Shown one piece after another: positions 1 to 14,400 of a stretch of DNA of 64,000 bases. The stretch spans positions 17,095,432 to 17,159,431 of the forward strand of contig NC_092679.1 of assembly GCF_964355755.1 (NCBI RefSeq), given 5' to 3'. Below the pieces are notes generated by a model. The model ran no database searches and was not told the DNA's origin. It was given only the letters and a program-made list of their open reading frames with translations. Positions within the stretch are counted from its first letter, which is position 1, and every line of letters starts with the position of its first letter. Source of the stretch: Antedon mediterranea (taxonomy: Eukaryota; Animalia; Echinodermata). The translations under genes were made by a program, and so were the position numbers.

Positions 1-3000
1 CTTCTGAAACTTCGCAACCTTTGTCCATTCCAAACATGTCAATCACCTAAAAAAAATGTAACAATTTGTTAATCCAAAGAATGTAGTTTCTACCAATGTC
101 AAGCTTTACACATTTATAAGAATTTTCAGTTGAATGTCATTTTTGTCTGTTAACCTCTCTGAAAAGCAACACAGTACTGGAAAGTCGAGTTGGTGCTCTC
201 TATATTTTTCACCCGATGCTTACCTGGATGGGAAAATTTCAAAACTATTTTAATGAGAATTTACAGGACACCAGATTGTTCAGATGACCTAAAATGTGTC
301 ATTTATGGACTAGGCATTGACACATTTTCCATTCATTGTTCTTATCGTAAAGATAATACATAATGTCTGCTCATTTTGAAATCATATGTTAAAAATAATA
401 ATCATAAAATTCCATACCTGTTTGGCTTTCCGAAACTTTCCGTTCACCATGCAAATTCTAACTAACATCTCCTGAGTTGAAAGCATGTATGAAATTATTC
501 CATCAGAAGTCGCTGGTTTGGATACAGCAGATGATTTTGCATAGTGGCTAATCTTTCTTTTACGTCTATCACTGCTGGTTGATAAACCTGAAGAGAGTTT
601 GTGAAACCATATGTTAGTTTACAGTAACTAGTGGAAGTAGCACGGGATCTACAGTGGTATGAAATAAAAAATAGGTCACTCTAAATAATAAGAAAGTGGA
701 ATGACATAACAATGGTAAGTGTGTTAGACTAGCATGTTACATCTGTGACATGTTTCTTGTATTCCTGGGTTGACGTAAAGCTGTTGGTCCCATTGCACAT
801 GTTCACAATAAAGAACTTGGCACACAACTTAAAAGAATAGGGGAATGTGATCTTTCTTGTACTAAGAGGTCAAGACAAATATATATATAATTAATTCTGA
901 CAAAATGTTGAAAAAACTAAAAAAATCCTACTATATGGACTGCCAGGTTGAACATTCTTCTTCTGCCTGGTTAGTTCTTCCTTTTCTTTCTGTACCTCCT
1001 CATCAATGAGCCTTCCAAGTTCATCATCTACATGACTGCTGTATCTATCCTGCCCTTTGACCTTTTCAGATACTAACTGGAAACGCCAGAGAGCTTCGTT
1101 TGTGCATTTCTCAAGTCTGGCAATTCTTTGTTTCAATTCAGATTGAGAGATTGAACACTTCAAATGTTTGTGAAGCTCTTTGCTGTCTCCAAGACTGCTT
1201 CCATCTGACTTCTGAAGACATGTGTCACTCAAGTCATTCAGACACTCTTTAAAAACCTTCAGAAAGATATCAATGACCGCTGGTGACGCTAAAAATCCAT
1301 GAGAGGTCATCTGGTTTGACAGACCCGATAGACTGCTGCTGGAACCACCAGATTCAAGTTTTTCTGAATTGTACAGGTCAGAGCTACTAGTATTCTTACG
1401 TCCTTGTCGTACAAACCCAAAACTGCCGTCTCCTAAAGGTTCGTCGCAATCACTTCCAGATCTTGACGACCTCTGATCGTCAAACCTTACAAACAAGAGC
1501 GAGAAAATGTTCTCCAGGGTTTCCACACGAAAGGTCAGAGGGTAAATGTTGCGGAGGTTTTCTTTTGCATATATCAAAGATCTCTGGAACACAGTAGTTT
1601 GTTGAGTTAAGGTGGGTGTTATATTCGGTCTAGCAACTGCTTTGGCGAATTCCATCGTTGCAATAAAACTCATGTACACCGACAAATCCCTTGCTTGTTC
1701 AATGGACCGTACTTTATCTGCAGTTTGTTTATTCTTCGCAATTGATATCATTTCATCTGAGAAAAAAAATGGAAAGGGAAAAAAATTAGTGATTCAATTT
1801 AGTGTAGATGCAGATGGTAATTCCATTCCAACTTCAACACCATTTAAGACAGCATATAACTTTAAAACAACAGAAAGATAATATAACTAGTGCAACTTAA
1901 CTTAACCCATATAATCTTCTATTGTCTTGCTATGTGAGGCAACGGTACTGGCACTCTTTTGCCAATGAAAACAAGTCTTTTACCAGGATTTTTTATTTGT
2001 TTGAATTGTAGTGTTTTGGCAAATATACATAGTCTAAAGCTCTGTCTACATTATCAAACTTTATGTGACAAAAAAAATATCACTACCATATTTGAGCACA
2101 TCACTACCATATTTGGGCATATCACTACCATATTTGGGCACATCACACTTTTTTTGCAAACAAGTTTGATAGTGTAGACCGATCTTAATATAATTCTGCT
2201 ATGAGGGAGTTTGGAATGGTGTATAATGTTAAACTTGCTAACCTTCTGTAAAAGTTCCACTAAGTGCATCAATCACATCTGCAGGCTCTAGACTGAAGCA
2301 GCAGCCACAGTGATGAATGACACTCAATGCTGACTGGCCACTTAGAAGGTTAACCTCAACATCTCTCCTTTCACCATCTTCATCCACAGTACTAGACGTA
2401 ACATAAAAACCACTATGATTATGTACAATCCTCTCGATTACAAACATTAAAATATTTGGCATACTATCTGGAATCAGAATCTTATAAACAAGATTCATCT
2501 CTCATTGCATCATCCTTTAGATGGAATTTTAAGAAGTTGATTTTTACAAGTATTTAGCTCTGTCGACACTTTCAAACAAGTTTGACAGGAAAAGTGTGAT
2601 GTGGCCAAATATGGTAGTAAGGCCAAATAAAAAAACATACTTGTTAAGCGTCACCGCCCGCTCCTGATTATCCAGCCGCCTCTCTTTTTATTTTTATTTT
2701 TTTTTTACCGATATACAACGGAAAGTTCAGCGGCCCGGCCCAGCTCCAGAGTAGGGCTCGAAATTCACGCTAGCAAACTAGGATTTTGCTAGTAGATTCT
2801 TCATAATTGCTATTTGAAAATTTCAAAACTAGCAAATATTTGTTAGGCTAGTGTAATTTTTGAAAAATACGTACTTTTTAGCTTAGACAACGCTAGCCGC
2901 CGATCGCTCTATGTCGACAACGGCAATTTGGTGAAAACAATTGTTTCATTTACACGCCGCCGATTTACGTCAAGGAAACGCGAATAGCACCGTGAATCAT

Positions 3001-6000
3001 GTAATGTGGTAAACAGCATGCTTTTTCCCCAACACATTAAATCATGTGCATTTAGTACGTCGCTGAGGATTACATCATCAGTCACGTGATTACAGAATAC
3101 GCGATTATCAATTTAGGGATTTAACGAAATAAATATTTTGCCTACACAGTGGTCGAAGCGCGTTTTTTTATAGGTTCGTAAATAGGAAACACCCCATACA
3201 TAATGGACTCTACCAATTTTGTTTACGATGATCTCGCGCTCGAGATCGGCACACCACGAGGTCCTGTTGGGCGATGGGTTTCCTTATGCCTGGTTTACCT
3301 GTGGAATAATTACATACACTTTTTGCATCACAACTTTAAATACTGATTTACACAGCAATTGGCAAAGGATTCATCAAAGAAGAATGAATACGTTGAATAA
3401 AAATTCACTTAAGAAATGCCGTAATAAGCTGTTTTCAAACTATAGTATAAATCAGCCCACTATTTAGTATTATTGAGACCAAATCATGCTTCTCGCGATA
3501 GGGAATTTCCTGGATAGATGAGTCGAGCGAGAGACGGCGGATGGCCGATGAGTGAGGTGGGGGTAGCAGCTTGGACGGATTAGTTAGCCTAGGGCCTACA
3601 ATTTTGCTTGGTGGCAATTAAATTTAATGTTTTAATTACGTCTGGATATAAACAATACAAAACTCAATTTTGTCATAAGCAATAATATTTCATACATAGT
3701 CAATTTTGTTCTGTTTCGCATTTTTAAAGTTTGACGTTTCGTCCTAAAAAAAGTGGGGCAAAACGTCCACCGCGCAAAAATATACCTCTATAAAAAGTAA
3801 AAAAAAAAAAAAAAAACCGTCCCCCCGCCCCTGAAAATTTATGAGGGTGTGACGCTTAACAAGTATATTTTTTTATTTGGCCTAATAATGACATTATTGT
3901 GTCCATATATGAGCACATCACATTTTTGGTCACATAAAGTTTGTGTAGACAGAGCTTTAACAGCCTATGTAACATTCCTATACCTTGTTTTATCCATACA
4001 CCACTTGATTAGTTCAATGCTCTGTGATAACCTTTGACATGCTCCACTCAGAAGAGAATCGTTGCTCTGTCAACAAAAAAACAGTAAATTTAATGAAAAA
4101 TCAGTTATCGTGGAAGGCATTCAACAGTCAGTATAATTGGTAATTAAATTAACTAAAATTCTTTTTAAACCAAGTCGCAGATTTGAACCATCACCCTGTG
4201 ATTTGTAAGAAAGAACCAAGCTACAGTGTCATTTTTACCTTAAAATCAACAGCTTGTAGAAGACGGCTAGCAGATGAAGATGTTGTGACAATACCCAGAC
4301 CAAGCAAGACAACCAATACCCTGAGATTTGACAGCTCTTGTGGGGCTAGCAGATCAGCTAATTCCCCAAACATTTCTTCTTTGATAAATGATAAACTTGA
4401 TAGCTGAGGAAGAATACATATAAAGCTGTCTACCCTATCAAACTAGTTTGACAAAAAGTGTGATGTGCCCAAATATGGTACAGTACTGTAGCGATGACTT
4501 CATCATGTCCATATATGGGCACATCACATATTTTGTCAGACAAAGTTTGATAGTGTAGCCGGAGCTTTTAATAAATGGTTGACATGACTTCTTAACAATT
4601 TGACTTCAGCCATTGGACCTTTTTCAGAAAAGTGTCTTAATGCCTTAATTAAAGTCTTTGGTGGCAACATTTGGAGAAAGCAAAGTGTTATTAAAAGAGA
4701 GAACATAAAAACAAGAGTTAAGACAACTTATTATAAGTAAAAGTTAATATATCAAGAGTTTTTATACAGTAATTACAACTAGAGGGTAAACTCTATCAAA
4801 AGCATTTGACCATGGGATGGGAACATATAATATGGTTGTGGCTATCTCCTAGTTGACTCTCTAGTTATATATTAATGCATCAATACATCTTACCACAATC
4901 TGTTCAAGCACATGCTGCTTGTGATTCCATGACTGGAAGTAAAGTCGTTTCCAAACGGATTCACGATTCATACTGTTCATTCCCAACATGGCGTACCCGT
5001 TGGCGATATCCTCTCCAGATTCCAACTTGTCTTTTGGTATCAACCTTCTTCTGTATTCCATCATGAATTCATTGTTAATTCTAGAGCATAGTTGTACAAA
5101 CTTGTCCTCCTTGTACACGATACATGAATACAGAGTGTGTAGCTCAAGACAAGGCTGACTGACTGCGAGGTTTAAAAGTTCTCTACCCATGTTCTTCACG
5201 CTCTCTGTTGTCTCATCTAGCGGCCACTGAGTTTTTGCGATTAGATCGTATATCTTAAGGTACAGTGACTTATCGATAGCTTTAGAACTCTTTACCATAT
5301 TTATAAGTGTGGTTATTGTTGAAAGGACAATGGCTTTAGAGGAAGTCTGGGACGAAAAGCTATTTAGAAAGTTGATGATTGTACATCCTAGAATGGGATC
5401 TTTTATAAGAATATCCTGAAGGAGTCGTTGACAACTTTTAGACATCTGTGAATTTTGACTCCTTGTTGAGGATTCATCCTTTCTTTCGAAGAAGTAGAAG
5501 TACTGATAGAGTTCCTGAAAAATAAATCAAATAAAAATTCAATTCATATTCAGGACACCCTACTTAAGGGACACTTTGTTGAGTTCTAAAGGTGTCCCCT
5601 TAATAGAGGTTCTACTGTATGACCATTGCTTTGTTGTGTGTACAGTACAGTGGGCTAAATTATTCTCGGCCCCTAGAACCAAGCTCACTAGAAGAAGACA
5701 ATATATACGGTAGGCCTAGGTAGTAAAAATCATGAAGTTTTGTAAATGCTACAGTAGTTTGTGTTAGAAAATGATTGACCACTGTTAAATGACTATGAGG
5801 CCTACTGCAATTACCTTTAAGGTGGATTTGTTAAAACCAATATTCTTGCACATTAACAGAAGTATGCTAAATTGAAGGTGATGTAAAAAGCTGGATGTCT
5901 AGAAAAGAAAAAAAAAGTTTATATTAATTGTACAGTGTGTGGCCAGATAAGAATTGAAGTATCTTTTACCCCTTTTGTAATTGTATAACCCGAGTTATAC

Positions 6001-7159
6001 CCGGGATGCAAAAATGAGGAAATGTAGGCCGGTGTAAACGACGTAAAAAGTTACCCGGGTCACTGAACCACCCAGGTAAGTGATGCTGAATGTATTTAGC
6101 ATCAAGTCAATCCGGGACACACCCGGGATGAATTTGTGTTTGCAGTGTAAAACGCTCAGCGTATCTTTACCCATTTGTTTAATATCCTTGCTCACTATAG
6201 TATTTAATTTACATACAATTAAGATAAGATTGATTTTGTTTATTCGCTAATTTGATAAATAAAACTTATGGTTACTTGTTATTCATTTTTATTTCAAGAT
6301 TCAATTTTTGTGTGTATTGCATTAACATTTACACGGGTTGGTATTTTGCAGTGTAAATTCCAGGGTTAATAAATCAGGTGTGAAAAGGAAATTTATCGAG
6401 ACACGACACATGTTTGTTATAAGCTCGGCGGTGTAAAAGGGGTATATGTCAAACGCTTACTTGAGTGTGAACACTTTTGTCCTGTAGAAATTGGCAACAT
6501 AGTAAGGAAAGATGCTCTGGTGACACAACACTCTGTGAACCAAAACTGTAAAGAAATACATATATGATAAATATGTTAATATTTAATTCTTTAAGTACTA
6601 TAAATGAAAAGGAAAACAAATAGTTATAACACTGTATAATTTGTTATATTTTATCAACAAAGAATAAAAAATTATAGTGATAATTTGTGAACAACTAAAA
6701 CTTAATTATTTTTTCTAATACATTATTAGCCAATAAAAGTTAGCTTAGTACTTAGACATACCTGTATTTTTCTGGATTTTGTATTGCCCAAAACATCATT
6801 TTTTCAATCATCAACCTCTCTTCGTTATCAAAATTCTCAAATGCATAGCCATCAACTAATTCATCAAGCCCTAGATTTGGATTTTTATGCACGTCACCAT
6901 CTTGAAATTTGACTTTACCACAGCAGGAATTCTCTACCCCACCTCCTAGATTCCAAAAAGTCAAAGCGCATGCCCTAGCTAGCTCCCACTGCCCAAGTTG
7001 AAAATACTTCCTGAACGACAGCATTGAGTGCCTGAGTAAAACGCTGCGACCACTGCGACAAATGGGTGCTGGCCTAGGCCTAGCATTATATGGCGTCAGC
7101 TCATTTTCTGAGATAAGATTAGCTTCTCTTGAGGTTAATTCTGATAGTACCGTAGTCAT
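1..7159 (-). CDS. ZFYVE26: ZFYVE26/spastizin (SPG15)-like gene, 5' part; continues beyond the left edge
   Basis: Exons read manually with GT-AG borders and consistent phases: 7159-6762, 6545-6461, 5514-4894, 4403-4239, 4066-3984, 2391-2243, 1756-~932 (donor uncertain), 587-418, 46-1. Motifs FRKYFQLGQWELARAC, LVVLLGL..SASRLLQ, GACQRLSQSIELIKWC, FRVETLENIFSLLF and MLSTQEMLVRICMVNGKFRKAKQV resemble the spastizin N-terminus as I recall it (e.g. GEWELAQAC). Confidence 0.85.
2036..2180. mobile_element. ~150-bp MITE family (TIR AAGCTCTGTCTACACTATCAAAC)
   Basis: Related copies at ~2555-2620 plus 3883-3959 (split), 4421-4570, 13431-13570, 15950-16070, 18034-18179 and 40824-40910. Internal GTGATGTGCCCAAATATGGTAGT motifs; TA flanks. 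Confidence 0.75.
2621..3882. mobile_element. PIF/Harbinger-like non-autonomous element nested in a small MITE
   Basis: ~34-bp TIRs GGCCAAATAAAAAAA(C/T)ATACTTGTTAAGCGTCAC with TAA duplicated on both sides. The host MITE resumes at 3883. Confidence 0.75.
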
Positions 7160-8469
7160 TATTGACTGATATATGCTCCGATTTCCAATTACTATATTAT
7201 TATGATCATTTTGGGTCTTTTTTTCGTTCCTAATTCCTCAGTCTGCCACATTTCTGATGACAATTTCTCAGCTGATGCATGTTTTTATAGTGCGCCCTCT
7301 GTAGTCGTAAAACTTTTCGCGGATATTGACCTCGATATGGATAAAAAAAAAGATTTTTTATTGAATATGAATAGCGCCGCCGTTATTATTATTTGTCAGA
7401 GCCATATATATAAAGAGTTACGACATTGAAGATTAGAAGCCATGTTTGTGTCAAAGAATTCGCACGCTGAGGGCACGCGCGTCTATTTTGTATAGCGTTT
7501 TCCTGTAGTTCATGCATTATTTTTAGATTTTTTTGTCTATGAAATAACGCTTATATTCCGTTTTTATTTTAGTAATTAATTTTATTAATGGTATTAATTT
7601 TGTAACATATATATATTGTGTCTATAATAACAAAATAATAAATTTTAGGGCCTACATGCAAGTCAGAATACATCAAAGCATGAACCAATACAAATTCACC
7701 CCTCTTTTTATACAGTATGCTCTCCGTGTGTTTTTGATACAAACTTTCCGAGACTCGTTCATCATTTCATTTGTAATAATTTGCCTTTATTATTTTAATA
7801 TTGTTCATACCCTATTCAATATATTAACAAATATATCCACGACACTTTATTATTTTATTTAGTCATCAAAGCATGCATTATGAATTGAAAATATTACATA
7901 TTAATTGTTATAGGACGTAGTTATGGGATGTTTCGTTCCAAAATCAATCAATCGAACTTTATAATGTACTAGCGCACGCGCGCGCAATATTCTTTGCCGC
8001 AAGTACTTCTGTACGCTGTGCACATCGATATTACCGTAAAATGTGCAATTACATTTTTTTAAATATAAGAAAAAGTTTAAAGTATTTTCTTGCTCCTATA
8101 CTTTACATCAGACAAGTTTGACACAAATTGATATGCATATCACGTGACTATAATCCAATGTCGTAACTCTTTATATATATGGCTCTGTTATTTGTTTTAA
8201 TAGTGCGCCCTCTGTACTTTAAAAACTTTCCGCGCGGATAACATTTTTTTTTTTTCATATTGAATGTGAATAGCGCCGCCGCCCCGTTATTAAATTCCGC
8301 ATATATCCGGGTCACGTGTAAATCATTGTTTACGTTACAAACAAATCGAGTTTCTGATAATAATATTTATTGTTGATGCATGATCCTGACCTGACCACAC
8401 ACTGACCACACACTGCTCTGAAAGTGTGTAAATTGTTATATTGTAATAAAACAAATCACTGAAAGAAAG
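7160..8469. promoter_or_regulatory. Putative bidirectional promoter for ZFYVE26/LGMN with CLEAR-like E-boxes
   Basis: Divergent start codons about 1.3 kb apart. TCACGTGAC at 8140-8148 and GTCACGTG at 8311-8318; CpG-rich patches; a duplicated block starting TAGTGCGCCCTCTGTA at ~7288 and ~8201. Confidence 0.55.
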
Positions 8470-11400
8470 ATGCTGTTTGTTTCTCTCCTGCTTGTTTCTT
8501 TAGCGTCAGTAAACTGCCGAATATTTCCAGAAATTCAGGACGATTTTGAAGGCAAAAATTGGGCTCTCATCGTAGCAGGATCGAACGGATGGGACAACTA
8601 TCGGCATCAGGTACGATCACCTTGTAACCGAGTTAGCCGGCCTCAGGCACAATTAGCCTAATTATAGTAATTCAAGGCTAAGATACAGTAAAAAGTATTC
8701 AATTAAAAGTATTCAATTAAAAGTATTCTGAATAATACTGGATTTAATCATGTATTTTCAAATAACATACCTATAAGATTCAGCATGGTTTAAATCTTTT
8801 AAGTGTGTTAATCGTCAAATGTATGAATTGGATTGGTTTAATAAAAGCTGTACCAAACCATCATTATCACTTTATGTTAAATTTAAAAAAATGCCTGAGT
8901 TAGAAAATTATCTTACTGTTAAAACTGATTTTCATGGTGCTCAATTGAAATTTAAGGCAAGGTCAAATACTCTTCAACTTGAAAGTAGATTAAGTAAATG
9001 GGATATGAATAATACTGGTAATTGTATGTTATGTAAGGATGAACCTGAAGATTTATATCATTTTATGTTAAATTGTAAAGTACTACAAGAAGTGCGAATT
9101 TCAGAATTTGAATGCTTGGAACAAAACCTTAATGATTCTGGTCTTTCAGATCTATGGAATTCACTCCAGTTAAATAATTCAGAGGTTATCTTAATGATTA
9201 TGTTATGCGCGATTTGCGCAATTTGAAATTGCGCAAAAAAATCCTTGCGCAATTTGAAATTGCGCAAAGAATTCTTGCGCAATTTAAAATTGCGCAAGGA
9301 TTTTTTTGCGCAATTTCAAATTGCGCAAGAAAATCTTTGCGCAATTTTAAATTGCGCAAGAATTCTTTGCGCAATTTGAAAACGAACTGTAAATTTTCAA
9401 ATTGCGCAACAAAATTCTACCAGACAATCGGTATTATAATAATTTATTGGAAACTAAATAACTCAAAATAAAACATAATAAATGCGAAGATAACATGTGT
9501 ATAATAAATACATAACATTTATTATTACAATTAAATAATACTATCACTGTATTACTTGAAATAAATCAAAATAAATGTAAAAATTAAGTTTTTAATATTA
9601 GTTTAAGCTAGGCCATGTAACCTAGTCAGTATCAGTAGTCCAGACCCTAGCTAGGCTAGAGTAGTATAGCCGGCCGCCCGCGCCGCGCCCGCCTGGTGGA
9701 ACACCACCGCTTCGTTTTCCTTCGTCGGTTCTTCGACGGTATGCTAACTTATAACAATATTTGCACTACTAAAATAAGGAAATGCGATATTTATCTTTAA
9801 TTTTGAATCATTAGAAATTACTATAAAAATATGGGTGTGCATGATTTCACAATCTGTCGAAAAACCTTGCGCAATTTGCAGATTACTTGCGCAATTTAAT
9901 ACGTTGCTTGCGCAATTTGAAACACATGTTTCAATTCAAATTGCGCAAGGATTTTTTTTGCGCAATTTCAAATTGCGCAAATCGTTCAAATCGCGCATAA
10001 CAATTATACTTGGTGGTGATTGTTCTGTTCTCATTCCAACAATGTCGATTAATATGGTAAAAAGCCCATGACATTCTTGATAAATTCTGCAAATCATATC
10101 TTAAGAAAGCATGGGCCTTTAGACAACGTATAAAGTCTAACATTATCGAATGATTTTTTATTTTATGTAATTTGGTTTAGTTATCTTACTTTGTTCTTTT
10201 TCTTTTTTTTTTATATCAATTCTGTTTACAGTCATCAAATAATTCACCACAGCTGAAATAATTTAATCTATGCTTTCCTGTTTATTGATGTCCCTAATTT
10301 GGGTTCCTATTGTTCCTTATCATTTTTGCTGGTAGACACTGTGTTTCAAGAGTGTGTATATCTTAACATAGATTCTAAGTACTGTATATTCCTTTGTTCA
10401 TATACGGTACTAATTATTATGCTAATTTAGTGTCCAAGCTTATGTATGTGGGTTGCATTTAATTGGTATAGTATTACAGTTTATTTTTAATTTGGTTTTA
10501 TCGAACTTCCGTTTTATCTGAGCATTATCTGTTTTAATCTAGTCTATCTTTATTTTTATACTCTTATATTTTTATATTGTATGTTTAATTGTTTTAAGGA
10601 TGCACCATTATTATGTGTGCCGCTGTTCAAAAAGCGTTTTCCAAATAAATTATTATTATTATTATTATTAGTAGAAATAATAATGGTCAGTTTTAAGTGT
10701 GAATTAACGTGACCATGCTTTGTGGTGGAACAATTCAGGGAAAAATTTCATTTGAAAATTTTGTTTAGCAAAATTGCTAATCAAACTGATTTTTTAGGGT
10801 ATTGCTAAACTGCGCAAACACTGCGCAAACAACAACAAAAGCTGCGCAAACCTCCTTCAAACCAATTAATATTTATTAGAACACAACTAGAACTATATAG
10901 GGAGACAATTTATGAGAAAAAAAATTTGAAATTCCTTTAAGTTTGCCTTTTTTTGGGTTAAAAACTTCCATTTTTGGGAAAATTACTGATTTCACAGCGC
11001 AAACAACAACAAAAAGCTGCGCAAACCTCCTTTAAATCAATTAATATTGATTAAAACACAACTAGACCTATATAGGGAGACAATTTATGGGGAAACACAT
11101 TTGAAATTCCTTTAAGTTTGCCTTTTTTTTGGGTGAAAAACTTCAATTTTGGGAAAATTACTGATTTCACAGCTCAAAAAAAAAAAAAAAGCTGCGCAAA
11201 CCTCCTTTAAATCAATTAATATTGATTAAAACACAACTAGACCTATATAGGGAGACAATTTATGGGAAAACAAATTTGAAATTCCTTTAAGTTTGCCTTT
11301 TTTTTAGTGAAAAACTTCAAAACTGTAATACTAATACTGTACCAATTAAATGCAACCCACATACATAAGCTTGGACACTAAATTAGCATAACAATTAGTA

Positions 11401-14400
11401 TATGAACAAAGGAATATACAGTACTTAATCTATGTTAATATATACACACTCTTGATACACAGTGTCTACCAGCAAAAATAATAAGGAACAATAGGAACCC
11501 AAATTAGGGACATCAATAAACAGGAAAGCATAGATTAAATTATTTCAGCTGTGGTGTTACATTAAAATGGAATATTCAACAAAAAATTGTTTCCCCTTCC
11601 CTGCAATTTTGGACGTTTTTTGGAAAATAATACATATATATCACTTTAAAAACATTAAACCATGTCATTCCTTGTCTTAAATGTACGTTTTATGGTAAAT
11701 TATGATAAAAAGTGAGAAACAATGCACTACCTAAGTAGCTCGCGGCGATCGACCTCTCGTGGACGGTCTTAGGCCTAGCCTGGCTAGGCTTAGTTTTGTA
11801 GGCCTAGCTGGTAAACATCGGTAACGTGCGAACATCGTACGCTAGCTATATACCTAGCCTGACGTTGTATAGTTGCTGCATTAATTGTCTTTCTATTTTT
11901 GCCAGACTCCGTTGATACAAATTGGGGAAAACCCGGTATTTTCGCTGAAAAGTTAGGAGTCTTCCATTTGTTTTGGCCTCACGATCGATCGAAAAGTGGG
12001 CGAATTACAGGTGAAAAACAAAAATATCAATCCGCGCGCAATGCATTTTGGAATTTATAGCGGGCCACTATAATTATTAAAATCGACTTATTTTTCACAT
12101 TTTTAACCGTTTAAAGACGAAAAAAGTTATCGCAATAGGACCATATAGTATTATTTTTACATTAAATATAGTTTGTGATCTTAAATTAGATCTAAAAAAC
12201 GTAGGGAATGGGGCTTTAAGAATTATTTTTTCAGGGGGACAATACATATACGTATAAGCTCCATGGTTTTAAAATCATCAATTTTGCTCAGTCATCAACA
12301 TGTGACTCTGTATCTGACACTTTTAGATTAGTATCCTATTATATCTTGTGTAAATATATCGAAGCATTATAAAACCATAAAGTAGTTACATAAGGTAACA
12401 TAAGATAACCGAATGCATTTTTTATCAGTTTATTAACTATACTAACTGGCATTTTATAGTATCAGGAATGAGTAATAGTGTACTTCCTTTGTTATTATGA
12501 AATGAATCGCTACATTTGTTCAGTTCAAGCAGCAAATATGTTTGCTTATTTCTGACCTTATACTCATGACTTTGGTACTGTATACAAAGACAGGCTCAAA
12601 CAATAAGTATACCACATGACATAATAATGGTATCCACATTTCACCATTTTGTTTATTTTGGTGCTTTTCTGACTTTTTAAGTTTTCTGACTTTGAATTTT
12701 GTGTACAGTTGAGTCCGGGATTACCTTAAGTAAAGCACAAGACATACATCTGATTTCCACATACTTATTATTTAAAACCATGTGACATTCAGTTAGTTTT
12801 ATGATGCAATTAAGACCTATGATGACTCATACATTTATCTTTTCAGTAGTTATTCTTAGTTTTGGATAAATTTTGCAGACAAATTTAGGTTTAGTACGGC
12901 CTTGTTTCCTGGTATTTTTATTTTAAGTCTGGCATTTTTTATTTCAGGTGTACGTTTTGGCAACCTAAATTATAACTGTATTATTATGATTAAATATTCA
13001 ATAAAAAGTCTGTCACTATCCACAATAATCAATGAATGAATTATAAGTTTTATTTTTATTTATTAAATCATGTTTTTATTTTCTAAATAGGCTGACGTTT
13101 GCCATGCCTACCAGATACTGCATCGTAATGGCATTCCTGATAAACAAATTGTTGTGATGATGTATGATGATATAGCAAATAATGAAGAGTAGGTTTACAG
13201 TCTTTTGTTCAGCCACGCTAAAGCAGATTATTATAAGTTATTCATTTACGTTAATTTTAAATTTTATTACCATTTTAAAATATTGTAATGTATAATCGTG
13301 TATTGTTTTTTTTTTTAAAGAAATAAAAGGCCGGGCGTGATCATCAATCATCCAGCTGGTGATGACGTTTACCATGGTGTTCCTAAAGATTACAATGGAG
13401 AGGTATAATAATAATTTCCATAATTGACTGAAGCTCTGTCTACACTACCAAATATAATACTTAATAGGGATATGCCCACATATGGTAGTGATATGACATC
13501 ACCGTGTCCATATATGGGCACATAACATTTTTTGGTCACATAAAGTTTGATTTAATCAGTATAGGGCTTGACGTGTCACTATAAGGTTGAGTGGTTAAGT
13601 ATGTTTTGCGATGGTTTTCTAATCGCACGATCAGGACTTTTCTTCCAATTGCTTGCGTCCTAAGGCAAGGGATTTTCCTTATGTTTGCCTCTCTACACAC
13701 CACTCAGGGGTACAAATGAGTAGGCCAACCTGGTCCATACATGTTTGAACCAAAAGGAACCGGGCAATAAAACATTCAAGCAAGAACAACATATTATTAT
13801 CATTACCATTATAATTATTACCGTATAATCTAGGAAGGTGGGATTATACCAGAGGATATACGGTAATGTAAGCACAGCTGCACCCTCTATATTTATTATA
13901 TATTTTTTCCAATTTGTTTTGGCAATAATTCATATTTATGTCATAACAAAATAAAGATAAAGTGACCAGTTTTTTATTTTATTTTTTTATATAGAAGGTT
14001 GTTTCCTTATCCTTAAAATAAAAATATTTCCTGAACCAAAAGGAAATAACTAACAGCCAGTAGAAATTGAAAGTCTCATAATATCTGAAGTTATAAGATC
14101 TATTGTGTGTTCCAACAAAGACCTATGATATAGATCAGTAAAGTTCACATGACTGAACAAACAAGTGTCTACTAAAGACAGTCCAGAAAAAAATTCTTTG
14201 ATATTGTTTGAAGATTACTGCTGGATATTGCTTTGTGTCTGAACAAGATATCTTTAAAAAAGATTACGTTTTAAACCATCCTGCATAAAAAATAAAGCCT
14301 TTCATATTCATTTGTTTTCCAGAAAACATAATTAACACAAAAATTATACATGATGGATAACAATACAAAAACCCAGGACACCATTCTGGCAGATAGTCAA

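Noticed and set aside
9058-10143. Repetitive ORFs (LRNFKLRK etc.), and similar ones at 14706-14961, 26705-26896, 27814-28983, 32179-32454 and 49223-49584
   Set aside because: These are translations of MITE subterminal repeats or tandem repeats, with no protein signal.
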